A stretch of 64,000 bases of DNA. Source: the human T2T-CHM13v2.0 reference genome, Homo sapiens. Below, piece after piece: positions 45,604 to 59,849 of the stretch. Numbering within the stretch: the first letter of the stretch is position 1; each line of letters begins with the position of its first letter. The DNA is taken from NCBI RefSeq assembly GCF_009914755.1, contig NC_060926.1; one strand, given 5' to 3'. Made by a program: the position numbers and the translations under genes. The notes under the pieces are model-generated. The model was given only the letters and a program-made list of their open reading frames with translations, ran no database searches and was not told where the DNA came from.

Positions 45604-45920
45604 TTGTTGTTGTTGTTGTTGTTGAGATGGAGTCTCGCTCTGTCACCCAGGCTATAGTGCAGTGGCACGATCTCGGCTAACTGCAACCCCTGCCTCCTGG
45701 GTCCAAGTGATTCTCCCGTCTCACTCAGCCTCCTGAGTAGCTGGGACTACAGGCACATGCCACCATGCCCGGCTAATTTTTTTTAAAATTTTTTTTATTT
45801 TTAATAGAGATGGGGTTTCATTATGTTGGCCAGGCTGGTCTCGAACTACTGACCTTGTGATCCGCCTGCCCCGGCCTCCCAAAGTGCTGGGATTACAGGC
45901 GTGAGCCACCATGTCTGGCC
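45604..45920 (-). mobile_element. AluS
   Basis: TSD taaatggcattcttt at 45589-45603 and 45922-45936. Confidence 0.93.
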
Positions 45921-47963
45921 TTAAATGGCATTCTTTCAGTTTAGATTAAGGCCCACTGACAATGAAAATCTGTGGGTCAGATGTCCATCTACCCTCTCTC
46001 TTCTTGTGACCATGCTGCATGCCCTTGTGTTTATTTCTGTTTACCTGACAGGTGGAGTTTATACTGCCCTGGCGACTTATTCTGCTACGGAACATGCTTC
46101 CCTAGGTCTTTGCTGGTTTCGCTTCTTCTGGCCATTCAGCTCTCAGCTTGTGTGATGTCTTCTGTGAGGGCTCCCCTGACCATCTAATATAAATCACCAA
46201 CACTGCTCTTGTGCCACTGTTCCTGTCCAACAAATCACGTCATCACTAATTCCTATCTGAAATGGTTCTGCTTCTTTATTTTCTTGTTTATGGCCTGTCA
46301 TTTATATTGGAATGTGGCTCCTAGAATACTATATGACACAGAAAAATGTTCAATAGGTATTTTTTTTAATGTGGTTGTTGAAATAGGGACATTGCCTGTG
46401 TACTCACTGAGTTGCTTTATGCTCAGAAACACAGGTTGCCTTTGAATATATGAAATCTTTTTCTCCTTTAGAAAAAAAAGGGCAGAGGTATGGGATATGG
46501 TCTGTGCTTAAGAAGACATCCAGGGAGAGCTTCCTTCCTTCTGCTGGAAGGGGGATGTCAATATCCATTGCAGATCCTCCTCCAAACCGACTCCTGTGAA
46601 ATATGACTGTAGGCAGGTCCCATCTGTTACTGTCCTGGCACCTAGGACCCCACCCAGCATGGATCCTCTTCCCATCACTCTTTCTTTCTCATCCAGCCTT
46701 CCCTACCCCCACCTATGCTCATCTTGCCTATTTTCTGGTTGACTGTTTACCACTCCTTTTACTCCAATGACTCTTAGTAGTTGTATTCTTCTAAGAAATA
46801 TTGTCTTGAATTTGTAAGAGTCTGATTCTTTCAAATAGTTGCATGTTTAATTTGGTTCTTAAAATTACTATGGACTTAAGGATAAGAGTTTGAGACAAAC
46901 ATTAAACACTTAAAAGATGTTTAATACATGAAGGAATACATACATGAAGAAAGGAAAATATTTAGGTGTGTAGATTTTAGATCTTCAATTGGTAGTTGTC
47001 TAATATTTCCATCATAATTATCTTTCAGAGTTTCATGTTTATTTTATATTAGGTTCATTTTTTTCCTACTCTCACCAACAAAAGGGAAATGAATTCCTAG
47101 TGTTTAGGCTTGAATAAAGAAATTATTAGTTCTATTATTATAGAGGGTCTCATAGCAAATACAGAGAGAGGAGAGAGACAGGGAAGCTGGGACACCAATC
47201 AGGCTCCTCTCAGGCCAAACTTCTAACTATCCCTGGATCACCTAACTCAGACTTTGAGGAAAAGACAGATTGTATTGCAAGTGAACATTAAAGAAATAAA
47301 AAAGTGCGGCATTTCTGAAGCTGTAGTGGCGGATGCAAGGTGAGCTGTGGCCCTAGGTTGCACGTTATTGCTGCTTTCTCTTTATGTATTCTGTCTAGCA
47401 GGTTAATCTTTCAGCTTTATTCATGCTGCTGTTCACAGGGAATTGATATGCTCTACCACTGTCTAATTCAGATCATGAGCTAGTGTTTTGCCTTCACTCC
47501 TTGTGTGCATTGTTGCTTATACATTCACTTACTGTGTACCTTTCCAGTATTTCTGATTTCTTGAGGGTTCATTCTACCAACTGTGAGGAATGTATCTTTA
47601 CTGTGTGCATAAAGAATTTAGAGCTACAGTAAAAATGAAATACAAGCAGCCCCTGACTTACACATACATGGGGACATTCCAAATATGGTTTATATTAATA
47701 AATTTCTTGTTTAAAAATCAGAATGCATTTTGCCATAGCCACAATATGATAAGAAATTGCTAGGTTCCCAATCTAACCCAAAAAAGCTAATTAAAAAGCT
47801 TTTGGGACTAGAATAAGGACTTATTAAACCACAGACTAGGATGGACTATAGACTTGGGAATACTCACAAGTCTAATTGCCCTTTTCAACCCTGTTTTGAA
47901 GTCCTGAGGGTACCAGAAATTTATCTCTGCTGACACATTCTTTCTCTTCTTATTTGGTTCCAG

Positions 47964-48074
47964 GTGGAATTCATGGTGGATTCTTTTGATGGGGATTTTC
48001 CTGCTTTGAAAGGAAATAATAGGACGTTTTCAATGTGGAACAAGGCTGAGGTTCTGACTGCTGGCCTAAAAGAA
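47964..48074 (+). other. Candidate 111-nt internal exon (unknown transcript)
   Basis: ctgac branch-like motif, polypyrimidine tract and ttccag acceptor; GAA|gtaagt donor; unique-looking sequence. Confidence 0.45.
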
Positions 48075-48583
48075 GTAAGTATCTGTTTAGATCCATAAGA
48101 TAATTTCTGCTTAGGAGAGTGACCAAGTGGGAGAGAGCTGTTGTGAGAATAACAACACAAGAAACACCAAAGGAATTGGAAAGCAGTGAAGTGGTTTAAA
48201 CTGTGAAGCAGGAGGAATGTAAAGTATTGAACTGACTTCTGGAAGGAATGATTCATTTATGTATAAGGTGGTAAAAATTGCCAATAGAAAGCTGCAGTAA
48301 TGTTCACAGAATAAGGTATTTAATCCAGAGCCTATTAGTCTCTTGTCTATTCAATAGAACATCTGAGCCACATTACCATTTCTATTTTAGAATGCACAAC
48401 TGGTATAGTCATTAAATCTTATTAAATCAGTCTAAAACTATTGGGAGTTGTAATTGTTAGTTTTTATGCACTGTGTAAAGTCTTATCAAACTATAGGCTT
48501 CCATAATTGTATTTGAGTCACTTCCTCCCAGAGCCCACACAAATAATTCCCAATACCAAGGTGCTTGGAGATCCCACTTCTTT

Positions 48584-48611
48584 TATGTTTGGTCTTATAG
48601 GACCAAACATA
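48584..48611. repeat. 28-bp near-perfect palindrome
   Basis: tatgtttggtc-ttatag-gaccaaacata. Confidence 0.9.
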
Positions 48612-49218
48612 TGGTTGATTTGGCCCTCCAGCAAAGTAATGAAATGAATTAATTTCTGGGATGATGAGCTACATTTTATAGTGACTATATTGGCTTAGTA
48701 ATGAAGAAAGGCCATATGTACATGTGCTTCTGTGTGGATACAGATTAAGAAAATGAGAGAAGGCAAATGCTTTGTTATGATACCAGAATGTTGAATTTAT
48801 ATTATCTTCATTCTACTCCAAACAAGAGGCTGTCGTTTGAATAACTCTGTTAATCAGCTCAGGTAATAAGTGTTGTGACTACTTATCTTACATCTCATTC
48901 TTCCAAAACAGAAGTGAATGACAACACAGCACAGTGTTGTAATTACCCAAAAAAGCCCAGGAATCTGATCAAAATGAAAATAAATGAAACAAATACCAAT
49001 GTAATTTTCTGTTTTGGGCTGACATTTGGGGAAGGCTGTAGGGTAAATTTTCCCTCAAGTTTTTTAGAATTTTTATAAAAATTGTATTGTTATAGGCCTT
49101 CCATCCTTCTGCTATGTTGAAAATTTCATTATTTATTGCCATGTTTTTTCTAAATCTCAGAAATAAAGGGCAGTTAAAATTTAGTAGTCTTAAGCTCTTG
49201 AAATAAAATGGTATCTCT

Positions 49219-49299
49219 CCACCATGGCACACGTTTACCTATGTAATAAACCTGCACCTCCTGCACATGTACCCTGGAACTTAAAAGCTGAAGAAAAAA
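49219..49299 (+). mobile_element. Very short L1P 3' tip
   Basis: catggcacacgtttacctatgtaataaacctgcac...catgtaccctggaacttaaaa plus A tail. Confidence 0.85.
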
Positions 49300-49439
49300 A
49301 TGGCCACAACACTTTTTTTTTTTTGCAACATGTTAAAGGTTTGATGCATTTTTGAATTAAAACCATTAAATTGTAGTCTGAGTCAGAATCTCAGAGGTTT
49401 ATGTACTTTCTGAGGGGAAGATAGAGTCATGTGTTTTTA

Positions 49440-50205
49440 CCACTGACTACACCTCCCCTCTACCCTCTAGAGGTAACCACCAATTTTATCATAATTTTTT
49501 CTTACTTTTATTTATCTGTGTACCAGCAATAAATAACTCTAAACAGAATAGTTTATTTTGCCTATTTTGGAACTTTATATAGTGGGTTCATACAGAACGT
49601 ATTATTATTATTATTATTATTATTTTGTTTGTTTGTTTTGGAGACGGAGTCTCGCTCTGTCACCCAGCCTGGAGTGCAGTGGCAAGATCTCAGCTCACTG
49701 CAACCTCTGCCTCCCGGGGTTCAAGTGATTCTCCTGCTTCAGCCTCCTGAGCAGCTGGGACTACAGGCACGTGCTGCCACGCCCAGCTAATTTTTAGTAG
49801 AGACGGGGTTTCACTGTGTTAGCCAGGCTGGTCTCGATCTCCTGACTTTATGATCCACCCACCTTGGCCTCCCAAAGTGCTGAGATTATAGACGTGAGCC
49901 ACCGCGCCTGGCCTATTTTGTTCTTTTAATCAGTGTTTTATTTGCAATTTTTTGTATGTATTGCATGTAGGTTTGTTACTTTTTATTACTATAAGTGTTT
50001 CATTGTATGACATCACTGCAACTCATTGGTTCTTTTGAAGCAGAACATTGATGTAGTTTTTGGTAATTGTGAACTCTACTGCTGTGAATATTCTTATACA
50101 TATCTACAAGAGCACATGTGCGAAAATTTCTCTAGGGTATATATCTAGAAGTAAAATTGATGAGTCAGAACACGTGTATCTAAAGCTCCAACAGATAATG
50201 CCATT
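49440..50205 (-). mobile_element. L1ME-type 3' fragment
   Basis: ctagaggtaaccacca, ctgctgtgaatattcttataca, tttctctagggtatatatctagaagt. Confidence 0.65.
49601..49913 (-). mobile_element. AluS
   Basis: Antisense Alu with (TTA)n/(TTTG)n tail. Confidence 0.92.
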
Positions 50206-50212
50206 TCCCCCC

Positions 50213-52440
50213 TAATATGGTTTGGCTTTGTGTCTTCACTTAAATCTCACCTTGAGTTGTAATCCCCTGGTATTGAGAGAGGAACTTGGGTTGAGGAATT
50301 GGATCATGAGGGCAGTTTCCCCCATGCTATTCTTATGATAGTGAGTGAGTTCTCACGAGACCTCATGGGTTTATAATTGTTTGGTAAGTTCCTCCTTTGC
50401 TCATTCTTCTTTCTTCTGCCACCTTGTGAAGAAGGTTCCTTGCTCCTCCTTCTGCAGTGATTGTAAGTTTCCTGAGTCTTCCCCAGCCATGCAGAACTGT
50501 GATTCTATTAAACCTCTTTCCTTTATAAATTATTCAGTCTGGGGTAGTATCTTTATAGCAGTGTGAGAGTAAACTAATCCTGGAAATTTGTACCACAGAG
50601 AATGGGATACTGCTATAAAGATACCTGAAAAGGTGGAAGTGACTTTGGAACTCGGTAACAGGCAGAGGTCGGAACAGTTTGGAAGGCTCAGGAGAAGATA
50701 GGAAGATGTGGGAAAATTTGGTACTTCCCAGAGACTTGTTGAATGGTTTTGACCAAAATGTTGATAGTGATGTAGACAGCGAAGTCCAGGCTGAGGTGGT
50801 CTCAGATAGAGATGAGGAGCTTATTGGGAACTGGAGCAAAGATCACTCTTGCTATGCTTAAGCAAAGAAACTGATGTAATTTTGCCCCTGCCCTAGAGAT
50901 CTGTGGAACTTTGACTTGAAATGGGAACTTATGTTTAAAAGGGAAGCAGAGCATAAATGTTTGGAAAATTTGCAGCCTGATGATGTGATAAAAAGAAAAA
51001 CCCATTTTCTGGGGTGAAATCCAAGCCAGGTGCAGAAATTTGCATGAGTAATGAGGAGCCAAAGACAATGGGGAAAATGTCTCCAGGGCATGTCAGAGGT
51101 CTTGGCAGCAATCCCTTCCATCATAGGCCTGGAGACCTAGGAGGGAAAAATGGTTTGTGGGTCAGGCCCAGGGCCACCCTGCTCTGTGCAGCCTCTGGAC
51201 TTGATGCCCTGTATCCCAGCTGCTCCAGCTCCAGCTGTGGCTAAAAGGGGTAAGGTACAGCTTGGGCCATTGCTTCAGAGGGTGCAAGCCCCAAACCTTA
51301 GTGGCTTCCATGTGGTATTAGGCCTGCAGGTGCACAGAAGTCAAGAATTGAGTTTTGGGAATTTCTGCCTAGATTTCAGAGGATGTATGGAAATGTCTGG
51401 ATGTCCAGGCAGAAGTCTGGTGTGGGGCAGAGCCCTCATGGGGACCTCTGCTAGGGCAGTACAAAGGGGAAATGTGGGGTTGGAGCCCCCACACAGAGTC
51501 CCTACTGGGGTACTGCCTAGTGGAGTTGTGAGGATAGGGCCACCATTCTCTAGACCCCAGAATGGTAGGTCCACCAACAACTTGTACTGTATGCCTGGAA
51601 AAGCCGCTGGCACTCAATGGCAGCCATGAAGGCAGCCAGTGTGGAGGGTTGTACAAAGTCACAGGGGTGCAGCTGCCCAAGGCCATGGGAGCCTCTCCTT
51701 TGCATCAGCATGCCTTGAATGTGAGACATGGAGTCAAAGGACATCATTTTGGAGCTTTAAGATTTGACTGCCCTGCTGGATTTTGGACATGTGTGGGACC
51801 TGTAGCTCCTTTGTTTTGGCAAATTTCTCCCATTTGGAATGGGAGCATTTATCCAATGCCTGTACCCCCATTGTATCTTGGAAGTAACTAACTTGATTTT
51901 GATTTTACAGGCTCCTAGGTGGAACTGACTTGCCTGGTCTCAGATGATACTTTGGACTTGAACTTTTGAGTTAATGCTGAAATGAGTTAAGACTTTGGGG
52001 CACTTGTTGGGAAGGCATATTTGTTTTGAAATGTGAAAGAGACATGAGATTTGGGAGGGGCCATGGGCAGAATGATATGGTTAGGTTTTGTGTCCCCATC
52101 TAAATCTCATATTGAATTATAATCCCCTAGTGTTAAGGGAGGAACCTGGTGGGAAGTGATGAGATCATGAGGGCAGTTTCCCCGATGATGTTCTTGTGAT
52201 ACTGAGTGAGTTCTCACGAGATCTGATGGTTTTACAAGTGTTTGGCAAGTTCCTTCTTTGTACACTCTCTCTCTCACCTGCTGCCTTGTAACATTTGCCT
52301 ACTTCCTCTTTCACTGTGATTGTAAGTTTCCCGAGGCCTCCCCAGCCATGCAGAACTGTGAGTCAATTAAAACTCTTGCCTTTATAAATTACCCAGTCTT
52401 GGGTAGTATCTTTATAGCAGTGTGAAAATGGACTAATACA
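50213..52440 (+). mobile_element. THE1-type MaLR provirus (LTR 50213-50581, internal 50582-52072, LTR 52073-52440)
   Basis: Two THE1-like LTRs around a MaLR internal sequence (gatacctgaaaaggtggaagtgactttggaact...gagatttgggagggg PPT). Confidence 0.9.
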
Positions 52441-52834
52441 CTTCTTGAGGTTTAAACCTCTGATGTTTAATTTGTTTTGGATGTTGCTGGATAAATAGTT
52501 CACACTTTGATATTTTTGCATTGATGTTTGTCAGTTGACATTTTTGTTTAACTTCCTCTATTTATCTGGACTTGGTATGAAAGTTTTGCTAGCATCATGA
52601 AGTGAGTTGGATAACTTTTATCCCTTTTATCTCTTATTGAATGATTTGTATAAGATAGAGAATGTATGTGCTACATCATTTGGTAGAATCACTCATAAAA
52701 CTACCTGGTCATTTTGCAGTAATGGCAGATGGGGAGATTTTGATGCCCACATACATTTCATTAATTGTTATTTTTTTGGAAACGTTTCAATTGCATTGTG
52801 CCAGGGCTTTTGTTTTTTGCATGAAACTTTAAGA

Positions 52835-54640
<1,806 letters not shown>

Positions 54641-54661
54641 ATCTTTATGATTCCAGGCCTT

Positions 54662-54981
54662 TTTGTTTTCTTTATTAAGACAGGGTCTCACTCTATCATC
54701 TAGGCTGGAGTACAGTGGTGCAGTCATGGCTCACTGCAACCTTGAACTCCTGAGCTCAATTGATCCTTCTACCATAGCCTCTCTAGTAGCTGGGACCACA
54801 GGCGTGTACCACCATGCCTGGCTAATTTTTTGTATTTTTTTTTTGTATTTTTTTTTTTTTTTTAGAGATGGGAATTTTGTTATGTTGCTCAGGCTGGTCT
54901 TGAACTCCTGAGCTCAAGTGATATGCCCTCCTTGGTCTCCTAAAGTGTTGAGATTATAGGCATGAGCCACCATGCCCAGAC
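54662..54981 (-). mobile_element. AluJ
   Basis: gacagggtctcactct, gaactcctgagctcaagtgat. TSD-like ccaggcctttttg / ccaagcttttttg. Confidence 0.9.
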
Positions 54982-55104
54982 CCCAAGCTTTTTTGTAGGA
55001 GAAGGAAATGTACTGTTAGAATGTCAGCAAACATTTATACCACCTCAATATATAGCAACCCTTCATGTAGCACTGGGAACTGATAGTGCAAGCAAACCTG
55101 GCCC

Positions 55105-55232
55105 CAGCCCAGCCCTAGACATCTGGGTCCAAATGTAGCTCTAGTCATTTCATGAGTAGTGTAATTTTAACCTCTCCAAATGCCTATTTCTGTATCTGTG
55201 AAGTGGAAGTAAAATAAATCCTACTCACAGTT
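55105..55232 (+). mobile_element. MIR fragment
   Basis: ctgggtccaaat...ttaacctctccaaatgcctatttctgtatctgtgaagtgg. Confidence 0.6.
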
Positions 55233-55740
55233 ATGTCAGCTACCTATCATGGCAATAATGCTGGATAATAAATAACCACAAAACCTCGCCAACGAACAAT
55301 AAGTGTTTATTGCTCACATGCCTGTGGTCAGCTGGGAGCAAACTAATGAGCTCTGTTGATATCAGCTGGGATATCTCTCAGGTCTGAGTATGGGTCAGGG
55401 TGGCCTGGTGATTTGGCTCTGCTCCATGTGCTTTTTTTTTTTTTTTTTAAAGAACAAACTTTTTTTTTTTTTTTTTTTGAGATGGGGTCCTGCTATGTTG
55501 CCCAGGCTGGAGTGCAATGGTTATTCACAGGTGTGATCATAGCACATTGTAGCCTTAAACTTGTAGGTTCAAGTGCCTCAGCCTCCAAAATAGCTGAGAT
55601 TATAGGTGAACACCACTTTGCTGGCTTCCATGTGCTTTTTGTACTCCATAGTCTTATGGCAGTGGCACAATTGCAAGAATGAGAAGCCCAGTCATACACG
55701 TGTGTTTCATGTGTTATGACTTCTAACATCCCATTGACTC
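55233..55740 (-). mobile_element. Old MLT1 LTR fragment, split by FAM
   Basis: aaataaccacaaaacctc...gtttattgctcacatg, ctaacatcccattg. Confidence 0.6.
55437..55625 (-). mobile_element. FAM (fossil Alu monomer)
   Basis: Contains the FAM-diagnostic tattcacaggtgtgatcatagc. TSD tccatgtgcttttt at 55423-55436 and 55627-55640. Confidence 0.85.
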
Positions 55741-57214
55741 AAGGAACTTGGGCGAATAAGGGTCTCTGAAGAACCTACCCAAGTTACTCCATAAAAATAA
55801 AGTCATCTGCTGCCACACCCAGATGACACTCCTGCCATGTTACAACTATCCAAGTCCATTGGGGACATTTCTGTCCCTCCTCTCACAATCTTCAAACTTA
55901 AAGAAGCAAGGGACAGCACAATGAGTCTGAGAGGAGAAATGGAAGAGGAGTGGGAGATAATAGTGATAAAGGTCTCCTGCCCCATTGCAGGCTTCCCCAT
56001 CTAAGGCAGGACTGAGCTAGAACAGGGGATAAACTTTGAAGTCGATGCAAGATAAAAGTTTAATATTGAATTAATCTGCATTTTTTAATACCTAAAAAAT
56101 CAGACTAGTTGTAATAACTGGGAATGACCACAGTAATTGTGAGATCTACTCAAGGCTATCTCCAGGGCTAGAGGTGGGAGATTTGCCATAGAACAGAGGA
56201 AATACAGAGCTGGCCAAAAAGCAAACTGACTTTCTCCTTGCCCCCTACAAAATTCAACTCATTCAATAAATCTGTTACAGGGACAGATAAAGGTATTCAG
56301 AAACAGTATCCGGGTAAGCAGAATTCATTGTTCATGTAATAATAACCAATATTTATATTTTTAATACAAATTGCTTTCACATACATTACCTTTGCTTTCA
56401 AAAAGTTTCCACCTGACAAAGCATAAAATTTCCTATTTCTCCTCTATGGACATTGCTCTCTTAACCGTTTTCACATCCATAATGTGAAAACCTACAAAAC
56501 CTACTCAAACCTACAAAACCTGTGTACCCAAGTTTTATGGTTCATCCTAAAATTGAAAAGAGTATGAATGCTCTTCAGAGTATATGCTGCTAAACCATTG
56601 TTTTCCTAGAAAATTCAGTGACTATAATAAACATGGGGTTGTGGGGTTAGAGCTTATGTCTGACCCAAATAAGATAAGGTTTCTGGTTTGTAGCCATTCT
56701 CTTGGTGGATATTCCCATGACAAAAATGTTTGTCCTTAGGGAACCACACACGTGTATCTCCCATTGGGGAATCGATGTAATTTTGTGGTCAGGATTATAT
56801 TATCATAATGGTGACACCATCTAGCTCCTCAAAACGAAAACCTGGAAGTCTTTTGTTATTAATTTCATTTTTTTATTATAAAATATTTAATTGAATATCT
56901 GTATGTAGTATATACATAAGGTTTAAAAACTGAGAGTAAATAATCATGTATGTGCTCACGTCCCAGGGTAATTAACAGAACACTATGCCTTGCAGACCTT
57001 CCTCAGTCCCCACACTCTCTCTTCTCAGCAATGGCCACCACTATTGTGAATGCTATGCTTATCACATCTTTAATTTTTCTTAGAGTTTTACCTCAGATGT
57101 GTCTATAAACAATATAGCATCACATGTATCTCAACTCTATATAAGTGATGCAATCCTGTGTGTTTATTTTTTGCATCTTGCATTTTTCATTCAACTTTGT
57201 TTTTTGCTTTGTTT

Positions 57215-59825
57215 TTGAAAATTTGTATTTAATCTATGTGTTTCAAGTGTAATTTTCTTACATGAGTACACTGCATAGAGGTGATATCAGTGTGTTTAGG
57301 GTATCCATCACCCAAATAACATGCATTGTATCCATTAAGTAATTTATCATCATCCACCCCAATATGGTTTGGATCTGAGTCCCTGCCCAAATCGCATGTC
57401 AAATTGTAATCCCTAATGTTGGAAACGGGGCCTGGTGGGAGGTGATTGGGTCATGAAGGCAGTTTCTCATGGTTTAACACCATCCCGCTTGGTGTTGTCA
57501 TGGCAATTGTGAGTGAGTGAATTATCATGAGATCTGGTTGTTTAAAAGTGTATAGCATCTCCCTTTTCCCTCTCTTCCTCCTGCTCTGGCCATGTAGGAT
57601 ATGCCTGCTTGCCCTTTGCCTTCCACCATGATTGAAAGTGTTCTGAGCCTTCCCCAGAAGCTGTTATGCTTCCTGTATAGCCTGTAGAACCATGAGCTAA
57701 TTAAACTTCTTTTCTTTAAAAATTACTCAGCCTCAGGTACTTCTTTATAGCAGTGTGAGAATAGACTAAAAGAGAAAATTGGTACCAGGAGTGGGATATT
57801 GCTATAAAGATACCTGAACATCTGGAAGTGACTTTGGGATTCAGTAACAGGCAGAGATTGACAGAGTGTGGAGTTCTCAGAAGAAGACAGAAAGATGAGA
57901 AAAAAATGGGAACTTCCTAGAGACTTGTTAAATTGTTGTGACTAAAATGCTGATGGTGATATGAGCAGTGAAGCCCAGGCTTGAGGAGGTCTCTGATGGA
58001 AATGAGAAACTTATTTGGGAACTGGAGTAAAGGTCACTTTTTCTATGCTTTAGCAAAGAGCCTGGTTGGATTGTGCCCTTGCCCTAGGGATCTGTGGAAC
58101 TTTGAACTTGAGAAGGATGATTTAGGGTATCTGTTGGAAGAAATTCCTAAGCAGCAAAGCCGTCAAGATGTGGACTGGCTCCTTCTAATAGCCTATGCTC
58201 ATATATGTGAGCAAAGACATGATCTGAAATGGGAACTTATATTTGAAAGAGAAGCAGGGCATACAAATTTGAAATATTTCCAGCCAAGCCATATGGTAGA
58301 AAGAAAAGCCCATTTTTGGGGGAGGAATTCAAGCAGGCTGCAGAAATTTGCATAACTAAAAGGAAGGAAAATGCTGATAGCCAAGACAAGAGGGAGGCCT
58401 CGAAGGCATTTCGGAAACCTGCACGGTGGCCCCTTCCATCAAAGGCCCACAGGCTTAGGAGGAAATAATGTTTCTGTGGGCTGCGACCAGGGCCCTGCTG
58501 CTGCTCTTTGCAGTCTCAGGACGGTGCTCTCCACATCCCAGCTACTCCTGGCTAAAAGGGGTCAGTACAGGCCTCTTGCTTAACAGGGTGCAAGGCATAA
58601 GCCTTGGCAGGTTCCATGTGGTATAAAGCTTGTACGTGCAGAGAGGGCAAGAGTTGAGGCTTGAGAGCCTCCACCTAGATTTCAGAGGATGTATGGAAAA
58701 GTCTGGGTGTCCAGGCACAAGCCTGCTGCAGGTACAGAACCCACATATAAAACCTCTCTTAGGGCAGTGCAGAGAGTAAATGTGGGGTTGGATCCCCCGA
58801 CACAGTCCCTACTGGGGCGCTACCTACTGGAGCTGTGAGAAGAGGGCTACTGTCCTCCAGACTCCAGAATGGTAGATCCACTGAGAGCTTCCACCATGCA
58901 CCTAAAAGTTATGCCTGGAAAGGCACTCAGCACCAGCCCTTGAGAGCAGCTGCAGGGACTGAACCTTACAGAGTCACAGGGGCAGGCTGCCCAAGGCCTT
59001 GGGAGTCCACTCCTTGCATCAGTGTGCCTGGATGTAATACATGGAATCAAAGCAGATTATTTTGAGTTTTAACATTTAATGACTACCCTGCTGGGTTTCA
59101 AACTAGCATGGGGCCTGTAGACTCCTTTATTTGGTGATTTCTCCCTTTTGGAATGGAAATATTTACCTGATGCTCGTATCGCCATTGTGTCTTGCAAGTA
59201 ACTAACCTGTTTTTGATTGTACAGGCTCATAGGTGGAAGGGAGGCTTGACTCAGATGAAACTTTGGACTTTGGACTTTTGAGTTAATGCTGGAATGAGTT
59301 AAGACTTTAAGGGACTGTTGGAAGGGCATGATTGTATTTTGAAATGTGAGAAGGACATGAGATTTGAGAGGGGCCAGGGGTGGAATTATATTGTTGGGAT
59401 CTGTTTTCCCCCCAAATCTCATGTCTAATTGTAGTCCTCAGTGTTGGAGGTGAGGCCTGGTGGGATGTGATTGAATAATGAGGGTGGTTTCTCATGGTTT
59501 AACGCCATCCTCCTTGGTGTTGTCATGGCAAGAGTGAGTGAATAAGTTATCATGAGATCTGATTGTTGAAAAGTGTATAGCACCCCCAACACCTTCCTCC
59601 TGCTTTGGCCATGTAAGAAATGCCTGCTTCCCCTTTGCCTTCCAGCGTGATTGAAAGTTTCCTGAGGCTGCCCCAGAAGCTGCTATGCTTCCTGTACAGC
59701 CTGCAGAATCATGAGTCAATTAAACTTTCCTTCGTAAGTTACCCAGTATCAGGTATTTTTTATAGCAGTGTGAAAACAGACTAATACAAACCCCCTCCTA
59801 CCTCCTCACCCTTCTGAGTGTTTAT
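57215..59825 (-). mobile_element. L1MA/PB 3' tip (57215-57359 and 59789-59825) split by the MST provirus
   Basis: ...aatttatcatcatccaccc continues as ccccctcctacctcctcacccttctgagt after the provirus. Confidence 0.7.
57360..59788 (+). mobile_element. MSTA/B-type MaLR provirus (LTR 57360-57773, internal 57774-59385, LTR 59386-59788)
   Basis: Two similar MST LTRs (atgcttcctgtacagcctgcagaa) around a MaLR internal region. TSD caccc/aaccc. Confidence 0.9.
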
Positions 59826-59849
59826 ATTGTGAGTTAATCTGTAATGTGT

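Noticed and set aside
56488-56521. aaacctac short tandem repeat
   Set aside because: Simple slippage duplication of about 17 bp with no further structure.
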